In this document: piece by piece, positions 9,110 through 20,700 of the stretch | Position numbering within the stretch: position 1 is the first letter of the stretch | Layout: every line of letters begins with the position of its first letter | Virus record (IMG/VR): IMGVR_UViG_2706795742_000001 | Span: 1-64,000 of that record | Length of the DNA stretch: 64,000 nt | Origin: a virus | Taxonomy: Duplodnaviria > Caudoviricetes | Direction: 5' to 3' (one strand) | Program-made: the position numbers and the translations under genes | Notes under the pieces: model-generated | Seen by the model: the letters and a program-made list of their open reading frames with translations, nothing else | The model's database searches: none | What the model was told of the DNA's origin: nothing

Positions 9110-10300
9110 ATGGCTAGTATGGAAATGGGCCTGGCTCCCAATGCCGCAGCTGATTTTTCGTCCGGCGTAGTTCCTCTTAAGGAGCTTATGGCGCGGCGAG
9201 TTCATCTGGGCATTGTCCGTGAGCTTACTCCCCCGGAGGGCAATATCGGCCTGAACTTCGTTCCCTTTATGGACGTTGAGGCCGATGACGTAATCATGGA
9301 TTACCTGCGTGGCACCGGATCGGGTCTCGCGCCCGCCGTTTCGCCCGACGCTGAGGCTGAGCTTTTTCAGGACAGCGATGACGTGACCGGCCAGATTAAG
9401 GCGTCGATCATGGATTGGCGTCTTAAGAGCCGGTATTCGGCTACTGATATTCATCAGTATTTCGAGGCGAAGCAGGTTTTGGAGGACGCCGCAAAGAACG
9501 GCACCACCATTCCGACCACTACGCTCGGTTCTCTGACTAAGAAGATCGACAATAAGGTCGCCCGTGACACCGTTCGTCGTAAGCAGGCTCTCGATAATCG
9601 TATCGAGTGGCTGATTATGAAGGGTCTTGTTGACGCGCGCATTCAGTACGACGACGGCAAGATTAAGTTCGACGTTGATTTCAAGCGTCCGGCTGGCAAC
9701 GTAAAGGTTGACGGCGTTGGTGGCGTTGATCTGGATTACTCGTCGGATACCCACGATCCGATTAACCAGATTATTGCTCAGAAGCAGGCCGCTTTTGACG
9801 ACCACGGCGTTGATCTTTCGCGTATGCTGGTTTCGCGTAAGTTCGCTAACTCGCTTTTCAAGTCGAGCAAGTTCATGCCGCGAACTGGTTTTGCGCCGAG
9901 TGCTGGTGTCGATCCCAAGTATGTTCTTGAGGGTTGGGGTCCGAAGGCTGCCATTGATATTATCCAGCGCGAGTGCGACGTTGAGCTGATTATCAATGAC
10001 AATGTCTTCCGTCAGCGCAATCCGCTTACCGGCGTTATTCAGAACGTCCGGTACCAGCCGGAAAATGAGGTTCTGTTCCTTCCGAACGAGGCTCAGATTG
10101 CCGCGTACGATGACACCGAGCTTGGTTTTGGTAAGATTCTTACCTCGCCGCACCCGATGAATGATTTCAATCCGGGTTGGTACGCTTGGGAGACTGAAAC
10201 CACCGATCCGTGGGTGCGTTTCGTCGGTACCGGCATTAAGGCGTTCCCTGTGCTTCCGCATATGGAGCTGACCTACAAGTGGACCGTTGATCTGGGTTAA
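9110..10300 (+). CDS. Major capsid protein
   Basis: 396 aa, AAGGAG RBS, biased codon usage, position; lambda E/Mu T-like ending (DP..RFV...KAFPVL). Confidence 0.88.
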   Translation: MASMEMGLAPNAAADFSSGVVPLKELMARRVHLGIVRELTPPEGNIGLNFVPFMDVEADDVIMDYLRGTGSGLAPAVSPDAEAELFQDSDDVTGQIKASIMDWRLKSRYSATDIHQYFEAKQVLEDAAKNGTTIPTTTLGSLTKKIDNKVARDTVRRKQALDNRIEWLIMKGLVDARIQYDDGKIKFDVDFKRPAGNVKVDGVGGVDLDYSSDTHDPINQIIAQKQAAFDDHGVDLSRMLVSRKFANSLFKSSKFMPRTGFAPSAGVDPKYVLEGWGPKAAIDIIQRECDVELIINDNVFRQRNPLTGVIQNVRYQPENEVLFLPNEAQIAAYDDTELGFGKILTSPHPMNDFNPGWYAWETETTDPWVRFVGTGIKAFPVLPHMELTYKWTVDLG

Positions 10301-10332
10301 TCCCGGATTAAACCAGAAGGAAGTGAAATATC

Positions 10333-10611
10333 ATGGCCGTTAAGCCTGATGGTTCCGTTACTAAGCCTTCCGGTCCGGTTGTCCCCGGCGGATCGGCAAA
10401 GCCTGCCGTTTCGCCGGGGAATACCAAGCCGAGTGAGGTTGGTAAGTCCAATAGCCCGCTTCTGCCGGGCACTCCCGAATTCCTTATCAAGGACGCCGTT
10501 GGTCCTGACGAGGTTTTCAATAAGGATGGATACCTCGGTGTCGATCCTGTTTACCAGAATGGCGCTACTGCAAACGAGCGTCCCATTCCTCCCGAAGAGC
10601 CGGAGCCATAG
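10333..10611 (+). CDS. Hypothetical Pro-rich virion-associated protein
   Basis: 92 aa, RBS, follows capsid gene. Confidence 0.65.
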   Translation: MAVKPDGSVTKPSGPVVPGGSAKPAVSPGNTKPSEVGKSNSPLLPGTPEFLIKDAVGPDEVFNKDGYLGVDPVYQNGATANERPIPPEEPEP

Positions 10612-10726
10612 CCCGAGCCGTAGGGATAAAACTTAATTATGGCAAGGCCACCAGTCAGGTAAAAGTAGATGGTCGCGTGACTGTAAAAATGATATTTCTA
10701 CTGTCTTGTCATAGTTAATAATTCGA

Positions 10727-11278
10727 GTGGAAAGGGGCGGGCGAATGGCGCCGACCAGATATTGCGAGCCGAACGACATAGTTACACTTCTTGGGCAGCT
10801 TGGTGAAGACGTACCGCGTTATATCGGAGACTCTGTCGAAGATTACGGAAAATATATCGAAAGTGCCGCCGAAGAAATCGACATGGTTGTCGGTCGCAAA
10901 TATGTGCTCCCCCTTTCCCTCGAAGAGGGTACCGCTGATTATCTTCTGCTGAAAAAGCTGAACCGCTTTATCGCAAGTGGTCGCATTCTCATGGGTTCTA
11001 GCGCCGCAAATGAGAAGAACGGTATCCATAAATACGCTAGCTATCTTCTTGCCGAGGCAAATGCAGCACTTAATGCAATTGCTGGCGGCTACCTTGAACT
11101 AAATCAGCCAGAGAATCCTGCGAATAAGCAGGACTATGATTCTGGCCCAGCGATTTTTCTGTCTGACAAGGACAGTTTTGTGCGGAACTTCTACGGCTTC
11201 GGCGGCGCAGAATATGCGCCCGGAATGGCCGTCGATCCGCCTATTAATACGCCAGCTCCGCCGGAGGTTATTCCGTGA
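10727..11278 (+). CDS. Head-to-tail adaptor (Mu gp36-like); likely start 10745
   Basis: YCEPNDI, IESAAEEIDMVVGRKYVLPL, EANAALNAIAGG pattern. Confidence 0.7.
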   Translation: MERGGRMAPTRYCEPNDIVTLLGQLGEDVPRYIGDSVEDYGKYIESAAEEIDMVVGRKYVLPLSLEEGTADYLLLKKLNRFIASGRILMGSSAANEKNGIHKYASYLLAEANAALNAIAGGYLELNQPENPANKQDYDSGPAIFLSDKDSFVRNFYGFGGAEYAPGMAVDPPINTPAPPEVIP

Positions 11279-11763
11279 CTGCTGCTGGTGTGAAAATTAC
11301 AAAGAATAATGTCGATGACGTTATTCTTAAGCTGAACGCTCGACTGAGCGAAGGTTTCCTTTACGGTATGCTTGCAACTTCGCACGCATACCTTAAAGGT
11401 CGCTCTGTCAATATGTTCAAGACAGAAACCGGACCAGACGGCTCTAAATGGGCACCGCTGGCGGAATCAACAGTAAGTTGGCGCGAGTCACTGGGTTATG
11501 GTGGCGAGCACCCGATTAACCGCAGAAGCGGTTTTATGGAGGCCAGCGTTACCCGCGCGAAGCCCGATATTTTCGGCACATCGGATCACATGGAAATGTA
11601 TTTTCCGAGCGCCACCGCCCCACAAGGGCAACTAGCCATTGAATACGCGCAAGCCGCAGGGCAGTTAAAGGGTCCGGCCCGTCCTTTTGTGGGAATGACA
11701 CAAAAGGACGTGGCCTGGATTCTTACCCTCATGGAAACGTCTATTTTTAGGAAGCTAAAGTGA
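11275..11763 (+). CDS. Neck/tail completion protein (Mu gpG-like)
   Basis: F..ETGPDG.KWAPLAEST and C-terminal PARPFVG motifs. Confidence 0.75.
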   Translation: MTAAGVKITKNNVDDVILKLNARLSEGFLYGMLATSHAYLKGRSVNMFKTETGPDGSKWAPLAESTVSWRESLGYGGEHPINRRSGFMEASVTRAKPDIFGTSDHMEMYFPSATAPQGQLAIEYAQAAGQLKGPARPFVGMTQKDVAWILTLMETSIFRKLK

Positions 11764-12263
11764 TTGATCCCGATACGCTTTGCTTCCCGAATAATGTGGT
11801 TGATTTCCTAGGAACTGCGCTAATGGGAATTGACGCCGACACCAGGGTTCGCAAGCGTCCAATTAAGGACACTGACGAATCTCAGAGTATTAGCGTTTTT
11901 CCCGTTGACTGGAATCCCGTTCCAAATTCAATGGAAATGGTTGGCCGTCGGCACGAGCCAACCTTGCAGCGATATTCAATCATGGTTCAGGGATTCATCG
12001 CTGATATGGACGAAGAACGCGGTATCCGCAAGCATTCGCTTCTGTCGGCGCAGATTCGCAGTACGCTTTACCGGAGCCATGCCGTCGCTGTAGCCTTGCC
12101 TCAGTTGGTTGTGAGCTTTTCGGGGTCGTCGGGAGCGACCACCGAGCGCGTCTCCAGGTGGGGAGTAGTCGGACAGCAATATCTGAACAATCAACTTCCC
12201 AACAATGGAAAATTCCTGTTTCTATCAACTACAGAAGTATTTGTAGAAACCGAGTTTGAGTAG
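11760..12263 (+). CDS. Tail terminator (putative)
   Basis: 167 aa, 4-bp overlap, position before major tail. Confidence 0.55.
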   Translation: MIDPDTLCFPNNVVDFLGTALMGIDADTRVRKRPIKDTDESQSISVFPVDWNPVPNSMEMVGRRHEPTLQRYSIMVQGFIADMDEERGIRKHSLLSAQIRSTLYRSHAVAVALPQLVVSFSGSSGATTERVSRWGVVGQQYLNNQLPNNGKFLFLSTTEVFVETEFE

Positions 12264-12278
12264 GAAAGGAACGAGCAA

Positions 12279-12584
12279 ATGGCTCTGACTGACGATCAGG
12301 TTGACGAGCTTAAGGCCCGCAACGCTAAGAATCGAGAGACGATCGAGGACCTTAAGCGACAGTACGCTGAGGCCGAGGCCGCAACGAATAACGATATTCG
12401 TGCTGCTGCACTTGATAAGGAAGCTGCCGCGCAGGAAGCCGAGATTGCTCGACTCCAAGCTGCTGTTTCCAGCATTAATGGCGGCGCTGACGTTCCGACT
12501 CAGCGACCGGAGAATAATCAGTTCTCGCCCACCAACTTTAGCTCGCCCGCTCATAACGTCGCTGGCGACGCTGACGAGAACTAA
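12279..12584 (+). CDS. Hypothetical coiled-coil protein
   Basis: 101 aa, RBS, helical composition. Confidence 0.65.
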   Translation: MALTDDQVDELKARNAKNRETIEDLKRQYAEAEAATNNDIRAAALDKEAAAQEAEIARLQAAVSSINGGADVPTQRPENNQFSPTNFSSPAHNVAGDADEN

Positions 12585-12595
12585 GGAGTAATAAA

Positions 12596-13621
12596 ATGGG
12601 TTACGGTTCGCAGAGCGGTCAGGTAATTCTTGGCCTCCAGTCTGCACCTGGTGTCGCTAATCCCAACCTCGCCACTAAGGGCACTTCGGTTAAGCTGACT
12701 TCCGGCTCGCTTGCCGGTAATCGTGAGCTGCTTATTCCGGACCCGGAAATTGGCGGCAGTCGTGCGGCGTCGGACGCAAATCTCGGTCCGGTTAGCTTCT
12801 CGGGCGACTATGAAATGTACGTCCGATTCCGGTCGGTCGCGCTTTTCCTGTATGGCGCTCTCGGTACCAAGGCCAGCGCTGCTCATAGCACCGCGCCCGC
12901 CGATACCGCGTTTGTCCATACCATTACCGCGACTTCGGCTTCGCAGCTTCCGTTCTTCACCGTTTACGAGGAAATCTCGAACGATCTTGAGCGGTATCTC
13001 TACACCGACGCCGTTGTCAATACCTTCCATATGGAGGCTGACGCTGGCGGTTACCTGACGGCAACTGCTGGTATGATCGCGCGTCTTATGACCGCGAATG
13101 CCACCAATATCGACGGTACCACTCTGGTTGATAATACCAGCATGGTTGTCGGTACCAATATCACCGTTAAGTATGACGGTGTTCAGGTTCCGGCTAAGTC
13201 TTTTGCTTTGGATATTGCGAACAACGTCGAGGATGATGATTTCCGACTGGGTTCGTTCTTCCTCGGTGATATGACTGCAAAGTCGCTGGAAGTCACCGGC
13301 TCCATGACTCTGCGCCATGATTCCAACGCAAAAATGCGCCAGGCGCTTTTTGGTTCGGCTTCTGCAACGCAGATCGGTGGTCTTACCACCAAGGAAGACC
13401 TGGAAATCAACATGGAGTCTTATGTTGATATTCCGGGTGCAACCGGCGTTAAGTTTGGCATTAAGGTCACTTGCCCTTACACCATTCTGAATCCGTTTGC
13501 ATTCGAGCCGAGTGGTGACGACGTTCTGGAAAATGACGTCGAACTGACGATGGTTCAGAATGACCCGTCGCAGAGCATTATCACCGTCGAGGTTACCAAT
13601 GACCTGGAAGAGATTGAGTAA
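12596..13621 (+). CDS. Major tail tube protein
   Basis: 341 aa, AAGGAG RBS, beta-rich, precedes chaperones and tape measure. Confidence 0.85.
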   Translation: MGYGSQSGQVILGLQSAPGVANPNLATKGTSVKLTSGSLAGNRELLIPDPEIGGSRAASDANLGPVSFSGDYEMYVRFRSVALFLYGALGTKASAAHSTAPADTAFVHTITATSASQLPFFTVYEEISNDLERYLYTDAVVNTFHMEADAGGYLTATAGMIARLMTANATNIDGTTLVDNTSMVVGTNITVKYDGVQVPAKSFALDIANNVEDDDFRLGSFFLGDMTAKSLEVTGSMTLRHDSNAKMRQALFGSASATQIGGLTTKEDLEINMESYVDIPGATGVKFGIKVTCPYTILNPFAFEPSGDDVLENDVELTMVQNDPSQSIITVEVTNDLEEIE

Positions 13622-13675
13622 TCTTTTCCAATAAGTCTCTCGTTTACTCGTCACATGGGTGGCCGAGAGCAGTCA

Positions 13676-13722
13676 GTCTGGGGATACCGAATTAAACTCT
13701 TCTTAATTCGGTATCCCCAGAC
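13676..13722. terminator. Perfect 20-bp inverted repeat after major tail gene
   Basis: GTCTGGGGATACCGAATTAA / TTAATTCGGTATCCCCAGAC, 7-nt loop. Confidence 0.65.
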
Positions 13723-13767
13723 CTGTCAGAATAATAAAAACTCATCAAGCCTAGAAAGGGCAATAAG

Positions 13768-14373
13768 ATGACTCTGGACAACACCATCCAGGACCCCACT
13801 TCTTTTGACTACGGCAAGTCGCAGGAAGAGCTGGCCGCAGACCGTAATGCTGAGGCACAGGGAATCCCGACCGTTAAGCATGTTTTCCAGGATTACTGGG
13901 GCAAGGACGTTACCGAGAAGTTCGTCTTCCCCGGCCAGGAAGATTTGCCGGTTGATTTTCAGCAGTACATCGAGTTTAAGCCGATGAACGAGGGCGCTCG
14001 CGCCCGTTTCCAGAAGAAGACCAACCGTGGCGTCGTTATTGAGTCTCGCACTCAGAACGCGCGAATGGGTATGGACCCCGCAGGTGACCGTAAGGCGCTT
14101 TTTGAGGAGTCCATCGTTGACTGGCGTATGGCTCAGAATGGTGAGCTTGTTCAGTTCTCCATGCACCGTTTCCTGTCGTGGTACGACAAGGCCGATCCCT
14201 ACCTTATTGACGAGCTTGAGCGCGCAATCCGTAAGGAAAATAAGTGGATGATGAACGAGCTTTCGTCTGAGGGCATCCGCGAGGAAATCAACAACCTTGA
14301 GGATCAGTACCGAGAGGCGGTTAAGCGCGAAGAGGCCGAAGCAAATTTCGGCGACAAGCCCAGCAATTCGTAG
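13768..14373 (+). CDS. Tail assembly chaperone (short form)
   Basis: Between tail tube and tape measure; slippery heptamer near its end. Confidence 0.85.
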   Translation: MTLDNTIQDPTSFDYGKSQEELAADRNAEAQGIPTVKHVFQDYWGKDVTEKFVFPGQEDLPVDFQQYIEFKPMNEGARARFQKKTNRGVVIESRTQNARMGMDPAGDRKALFEESIVDWRMAQNGELVQFSMHRFLSWYDKADPYLIDELERAIRKENKWMMNELSSEGIREEINNLEDQYREAVKREEAEANFGDKPSNS

Positions 14374-14633
14374 AGGGTAAGCCGGTAACTGATCCACATA
14401 ATGCAATTCGCATGTTTATGATGTGCGAGGCAATGAAGTGGAATCATTTACCTATGGCTGGTGGAATTTACAACCAGGACCCAGAATTGATGGACAAGTT
14501 CTTCCATCTGTTTTCGGTTCGCTCTGAACACCAGGCAAAAGAAGCCAAAAAGCAAGAGCGAGAAGCGAAAGCAAAAAAGAACAGAGCAGGTGGCGCACGG
14601 TCGTCCCGTCCGGCTACGAGAAAGCGCAGGTAA
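13768..14633 (+). CDS. Tail assembly chaperone, -1 frameshifted long form
   Basis: In-frame A AAT TTC at 14343-14349; -1 frame open (RRQAQQFVEG...MFMMCEAMKW) to 14633. Confidence 0.8.
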
Positions 14634-14739
14634 CGCGCTGAAACGTAGCGGCGGGGCGACCGTCGTCGTATGATGGTTAATTGTTACGGGAATTATGGGC
14701 ACAGTGGAGGCCCACAACCTTCAAGGATATTGAGTCCAT

Positions 14740-17700
14740 ATGACTCCCGCAGAGCTTAGAATTCTTGTCAGCGTTCGTGCAGCAGACGCCAAGAAAATGC
14801 TTGGTCAGCTTACTGCTGCAATGAATGCGATTAAGGCAAAAACTGCCGAGGCTAGCGCTAGTATTCGTGGATTTAACGGAACTCTCGCAAGCTCCAACGG
14901 CACAATTTCAAATACCTCCAAGAACGCTGCCGACCTGGCGGCGAATTTGTCGCGCGTGGGTAAGTCCGCGTCGGGGGTAACCAAGGTTTCCGCTTCGGCC
15001 AAGAGTGCGAATGCAGCACTGGCCGGACTGGAAAAGAACTCCATGAAGGCCGCGCAGAATCTCGCGGCAATTGATAAGGCTGCAACTCGCGCCGCCGCCG
15101 GTATTTCCCGGATTTCCAAGTCTGCACCCGAGATTAAGGCTCTTGGTGCAGCATTTAAGGGTACGGCTGCCGACATTGCAGCCTTTAATGCTGCCCTAAA
15201 TAAGGCCGCAACCGCAGGAACGCGCGCAGAAAAGACCGTAGGTGCCGCAGGTGCCGCAGCAAAAGCCTCTGGTACTGCTGCCGCCGGGGCCGCAAAAGGC
15301 TGGGAAAGTATGGCGGCGGCTCAGGCCGCTTCCGCTACCAGTGCGCGCGCCGCCGCTACTGCAAATAAGGCTGCCGCTGCCGCCACTTCCACTAATGCCG
15401 CTTCCACCGCTGCCGCTTCCGCTGCACAGCTTACTTTGGCTGAGCGCGTTGCGAAGTCTAGCGAGGAAATGCGTAAGGCCGGCTCGCGCGCACAGTGGGC
15501 GGGTCGTCAGATTTCGCTCATGTTCACCGCGCCCACCGCGCTTCTTATTGGTGCTGGCACTAAGTGGATTCTTGATCTTCAAAAGCAGCAGACTCAGCTT
15601 GCCAAGGTTTATGGTGATACGCATGATTCCGCAGCGGAACTGGAAAAGCAGCTCAATAGCTTGCAGGGGCAGTTCCGTGAAATGTCTGACGCATATGGTT
15701 TCTCTCAGGAAGAAATCACCGGAATTGGTGCCGCATGGGCACAGGCCGGAAAGAGCGGACAGGCACTAGCTGAATATACTCGGCTTTCCACCGAGGCAAT
15801 GATTATCGGTGATATTACGGCCAAGCAGGCCCAGGAGTCTATGGTTGGCCTTAATTTGCAGTGGGGACTTGCGGCAAAGCAGTCTAAAATCACTGCAACC
15901 GAAATGATGAGTATGCAGGACGCAATTGCTGCAATTAACACTGCGTCCAATCAAACTCAGGTTTCGTACGCCGACCTTCTGACTGTTATGTCTCAGGCCG
16001 GTTCTGTTGCCAAGAATGCTGGCGTTTCCTTCAAGGAAACTCTGGCTATGGCTACTTCTATTACTCGCATTACCGGCTCGGCAAATAAGGCCGGTAACGC
16101 GCTTAAGTCGATCTTCACTAATGCCATGTTCCCGACTCGCGGGCGTGGTACCGATTTCCTTAAGCAGCTCGGTGTTGATCTTGAAAATACCGAGGATCGA
16201 GCGCTTACCGCTTCTCAGCGTATTGAGCGCGTTGCTCTGAATATGGCACGCCTGGATGAGCAGGGGCGTATTACCGCCGCCGCAGGCATCTTTACCAAGT
16301 GGCAGGTTAACGCATTCGCTCAGCTTGGCAACGATATTGACAAGGCGCGCGTTCAGCTCAATCTTTGGACCCGTGAAATTACCGGCACCGAGGTTGCTGG
16401 TAAGAATCTGTACGAAAGCCTCTCCCGGCTGGACAGTATTAAGCCTGGCTCCAACGCGGAAAAGGCAATGCGTGCTCTTAAAATTGAGATTGACGACGCT
16501 GGTTACAAAACCATGAACGTCAATGCGAAGTTCATTCGCTTTGCGGATTCGCTTCGTGGACTTAATGACGAGCAGCGTCGTAGCAGAATCGGTGATATTT
16601 TCGGAGAGACTCGCGTTTCTCAGATTGACGAGCTTGTAAAGAAGACCAACGAAAACACCGAGGCTCTTGGTAACTATAACCGAGAGCTTGCAACGCTTGG
16701 CGATAAGCGCAAGAACTTCGATAGCTACAAGAAGGAACTTAATACGTTCCTTGAGTCGAACCCGCAAAAGTTTAAGATTGCGGGCCAGATGATTAAGAAC
16801 AGTATTATGGACGTTGTTATTGTCCTGCTGCCTTACATCATCGCCACCGCTCAGGCTATTGCGCAAATGGCTCGCGCGTTCTCGGAAATGAATCCGACCT
16901 TGCAGAAGGTTGTCATTGGATTCATGATTTTCCTGGCCCTTGTCGGTCCTCTGGCTATTCTTATTTCTAGCTTCAAGGTTCTGTTCGGCGTTATCGGCGG
17001 CGGAATGGCTAAGCTGCTGGGATTCTTTATTGTCACCAGCAAGGGGGCTGACGGCGCAAGCAAGTCGTATTTCCGGTTCTCTGCTGCCGGTAAGAAGGCT
17101 GCCGCAGAAAACCGCGCAAGCATGACTAGCATGACCGGAATTATCCGTAGTGGATTTGCTAGCATTATTCGTAGTGCTTTCAATTCCGCTGCCAGTTATG
17201 TTCGTGCCGCATTCCGTGGAGCCAAGGGTTCTACTCAGGCATATGCTCAGGGTGCAACTGCCACCGCTCGCGCCGTTTGGGTTAGCTCTGTTCAGGTTGT
17301 CAATAACGAAGCTGCCACCGGCGCACGTCGCGCTCAGATCGCGCTTAATACTGGTCGCACTCTTCTTCAAATTGAAAATAACACCGGAATGCTGCGACGC
17401 AATGCAGCAGGTGCAGTTAACTTCGCAATCGTTGAGGGCGAGGTTATTTCTGGTGCTCAGCGCACGGCCAATCAGTCTAAAACCGGCAAACAAATGCTTG
17501 CGCTTGAATCTGCTGACGGTCGGGCGCGACGACTCGCCAATCAGCGCGTAAACTTCGAGATTGTTTCGACCGAGCAGGTTGCTAATGCAAAGCGCGTAGC
17601 AAACCAGACTCGCAATAACGGTCAAATGCTCGCGCTGGAATCGGCTTCTGGTCGTCAGCGCCGAATGGCTCAGACTGCATATGCCGCTGGCGTGCTCCGC

Positions 17701-20700
17701 GAGGACAGCGTTACCGCTGCACGGCGTCTCGCTATCATCAATGCGAATAACCCGCGTCTTGCTGCCGCTCAGGCCGCAGGAATGCAGGCTCAGGCGCGCG
17801 CCGTCGCTGCCGGTGGCGCAAGCGTGGTTGCCGCTCAGGCCGCAGTCTCGCGGAAACAGGCTCTCGTTGCCACCACGGGCGGCGTTACTGCCGGTGCCGG
17901 TGCTGCCAATGGCGCTAAAAAGGGATTCAAGGGCAAGGCTGGCGGTCTTTTGACCACCATGCTCTCTGTTTTCTCGTTCCTGCCTATTGGGTGGATGAAG
18001 GCAATTGGTCGCGGATTCTCTGCAATTCCGAAGGCTATTTCCAGCGGCGTTAAGTCAATTGGTCCGAAGATTGGTGGACTTTTCTCCAAGCTCGGCATTA
18101 ACTCTGGCAAGACTTTCGGCCAGGGTGTTATGCGAGTCCTCGGAGGAAAGGGAGGCTGGATCGGCGCTGCAATTGGCGCGATTGTCGCGGGTGTTGCATT
18201 TGCCTGGGACGATATTGTCAAGAGCTTCAATCGAATCTTCAAGAGCGACAATAACATTCCGATCTTTGCTCGTCCGTTTGTTTTCTCGGCTGAGCTAATT
18301 ATCAATGTTATCAAGAAACTGCCCGACGTTGTCGTGGCAGTATTCAAGGCTGTCGTAAGCACGATCGTTGCCGCCGGTAAGGCCGTCTACAAGGCATTCA
18401 GCTACCTTAACCCGTTCCAGCGTCACTCGCCGTCGCTGGTTGAAAATGTCACTAATGGCATGGCTGTTGTTACCAGCGTTTTCGCTGATAGCTCCAAGCA
18501 AATTCAGGGAGATATTCACGACGCATACCGCGCAATCCTCAAGTTTGGCACCGCCACAGCCGGACTGAGTGGCAAGGCTGCCGGAATCAAGCGTGACGAG
18601 GATTTGGGTGAGCTGAATAAGGCTGATCCTTCCGGCGCTGCCGCTAATGCATATAAGGGCATGGAGGCGCAGACCAAGAAGCTCGAAGCAAATAGCGTTA
18701 AGCTGAATGCTGCAATGGTTCGTCAGCAGAAAATTGTTGACGGCCTTAAGCAGAAGCTCGACGCCGCCGATAAGGCAATTGCCAAGGTCCAGCGAAGCAT
18801 GGATCAGGCGCAAAAGGTTGCCGACGCATTTGGCAAGGCGCTTGAATTTGCGCAGAGCCGACTTGATTTCTACGCGAATGCTCCGATTAAGGGTATGCGC
18901 GCAATGTCTGACGCCATTTTTGAGAATGAAATGGCTCAGAAGCGCTTGCAGCTTCAAATGATGCAGCTCGAAGAGGCTGGCGGTAGTATCGACGATATTA
19001 CCGACAAGTACGCGCGTCTACAGGGCCAGATTGAAACCCTGTCGGGCGAGCGCGCCGAGTTGCAGCAAAAGGGTGCCGGTAGCGACATTCTTGCCACTTA
19101 TGACAAGATGATTGCCGACCTGAAAAAGCAGCAGGGAGAAGCGCTTACTGGTCCGGCTGCCGAGGTCGAGGCGCTTAATAAGTCGCTGGATGAACTTAAG
19201 CGCAAGGGCGAAATGCTTGATTTGCAGAACTCTCTGCAATTTGACCCGCTTACTCGTCAGATTCAGCAGCTTGTCAGCAATGAGCAGGAGCTTGATTTCG
19301 GCACGATTGTTGCCGGTGTCCAGACGTATAAGGCTCAGGTTGACGGCCTTACTGTTGCGCACCAGACTGCAAATGACGTTGTCGCGGCTCACGCTAGCGT
19401 TCTTTCGGTTATGAGCGACCAGCGTGAGGCGCTGGCTGCAACTTATGACGCCGAGCAGGAAAAGCTCGACGGAATTAAGACCACCTATGACCAGAATCGC
19501 GCTGCAATTGACGCGCTCGAATCTGCCATGAACGAACTGGTTTCCAATGCTTCTACTGTCAATCAGTATATGGATGAGCAGAAGCGGAAGATGGAGGAAG
19601 CCGCTGAAAAGCTCAAGAATGCTAAGGACGGCGTAGACGACCTTAAGAACAGCCTTGGCGAACTTGGTGACCTTGATATTGATCCGGACTCTCTTGTTCC
19701 GGAAGATATTGGTCCTAAGCTCGAAGAGAAGTTCGGAGATATGTTCAAGGGACTTGGCGACAAGTTCAAGAACTTCTTTAAGGAGCTTGGTCCGAAGATT
19801 CTCGGATGGGTTACCGGACTTGGCAAGTGGCTTCTCGACGGTCTTAAGAAGCTGCCTGGCGAAATCGCTAAGGGTCTGTCGTTTATCCTCGGTTACCTGA
19901 TCGGTGCTCTTGCTAAAATTGCTAGCAAGATTGGCGAGGGTTTCGAGAAGGGCCTTGTTTGGATTTTCACAGAAATGCCCGGCAAGATTTGGGAATGGAT
20001 CACCAATATTGATTGGTCCCAAGTCTGGCAGGCAATTTCCGACGTGTTCATGGGAATCTTTACCAATAAGGATGATTTCTGGGGCAAGATCGGAAGCTGG
20101 ATTATTGATGGTCTTCTTGGTGGTATCTGGAACGCAATCCAGAATATCGGCCAGTGGATCATGGATAATATCATCACGCCGTTTATGAACGGCATTAAGG
20201 AAGGTTGGGGCATTGCCTCACCCTCTACTGTCATGGCCGAAATCGGCATGTGGCTTATTGAGGGGTTCCTTGGTGGTCTTGTCAACAACTTCTTTAAGCT
20301 GGTCACCTGGTTCACCGAACTGCCCGGAAAGCTCATTGCTGCAATGGGCGATCTTGGAAAGTGGATCGGCGATAAGTTTTCGCAGGCTCTCGCTTGGATC
20401 AGGGATAAGCTGCCCGAGTGGGCGCAGGGCGTGTTCGATTTCTTTAAGAACTTGCCTAGCAATATCATCGAGAAGCTGGGCGACCTTAAGAAGTGGATTG
20501 GTGATAAGTTCCACGAGGCGCTTGACTGGCTTCGCGATAAGCTGCCCAGTTGGGCTGATCCCATTCTCAATTTCTTTGAGAATCTGCCGAACCTTATTGG
20601 CAAGGCGCTGGACACCATTAAGGAGAAGGCAAAGACTCCGATTAACTTTGTTATTGGTACTGTTTACAACAACGGCATTCGTCGTATTTGGAACAACACC

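Noticed and set aside
8426-10261. 611-aa minus-strand ORF (and similar long antisense ORFs at 5789-7009, 7536-8597, 12581-13654, 15766-17625)
   Set aside because: Shadows of strongly codon-biased plus-strand genes; no RBS or motifs
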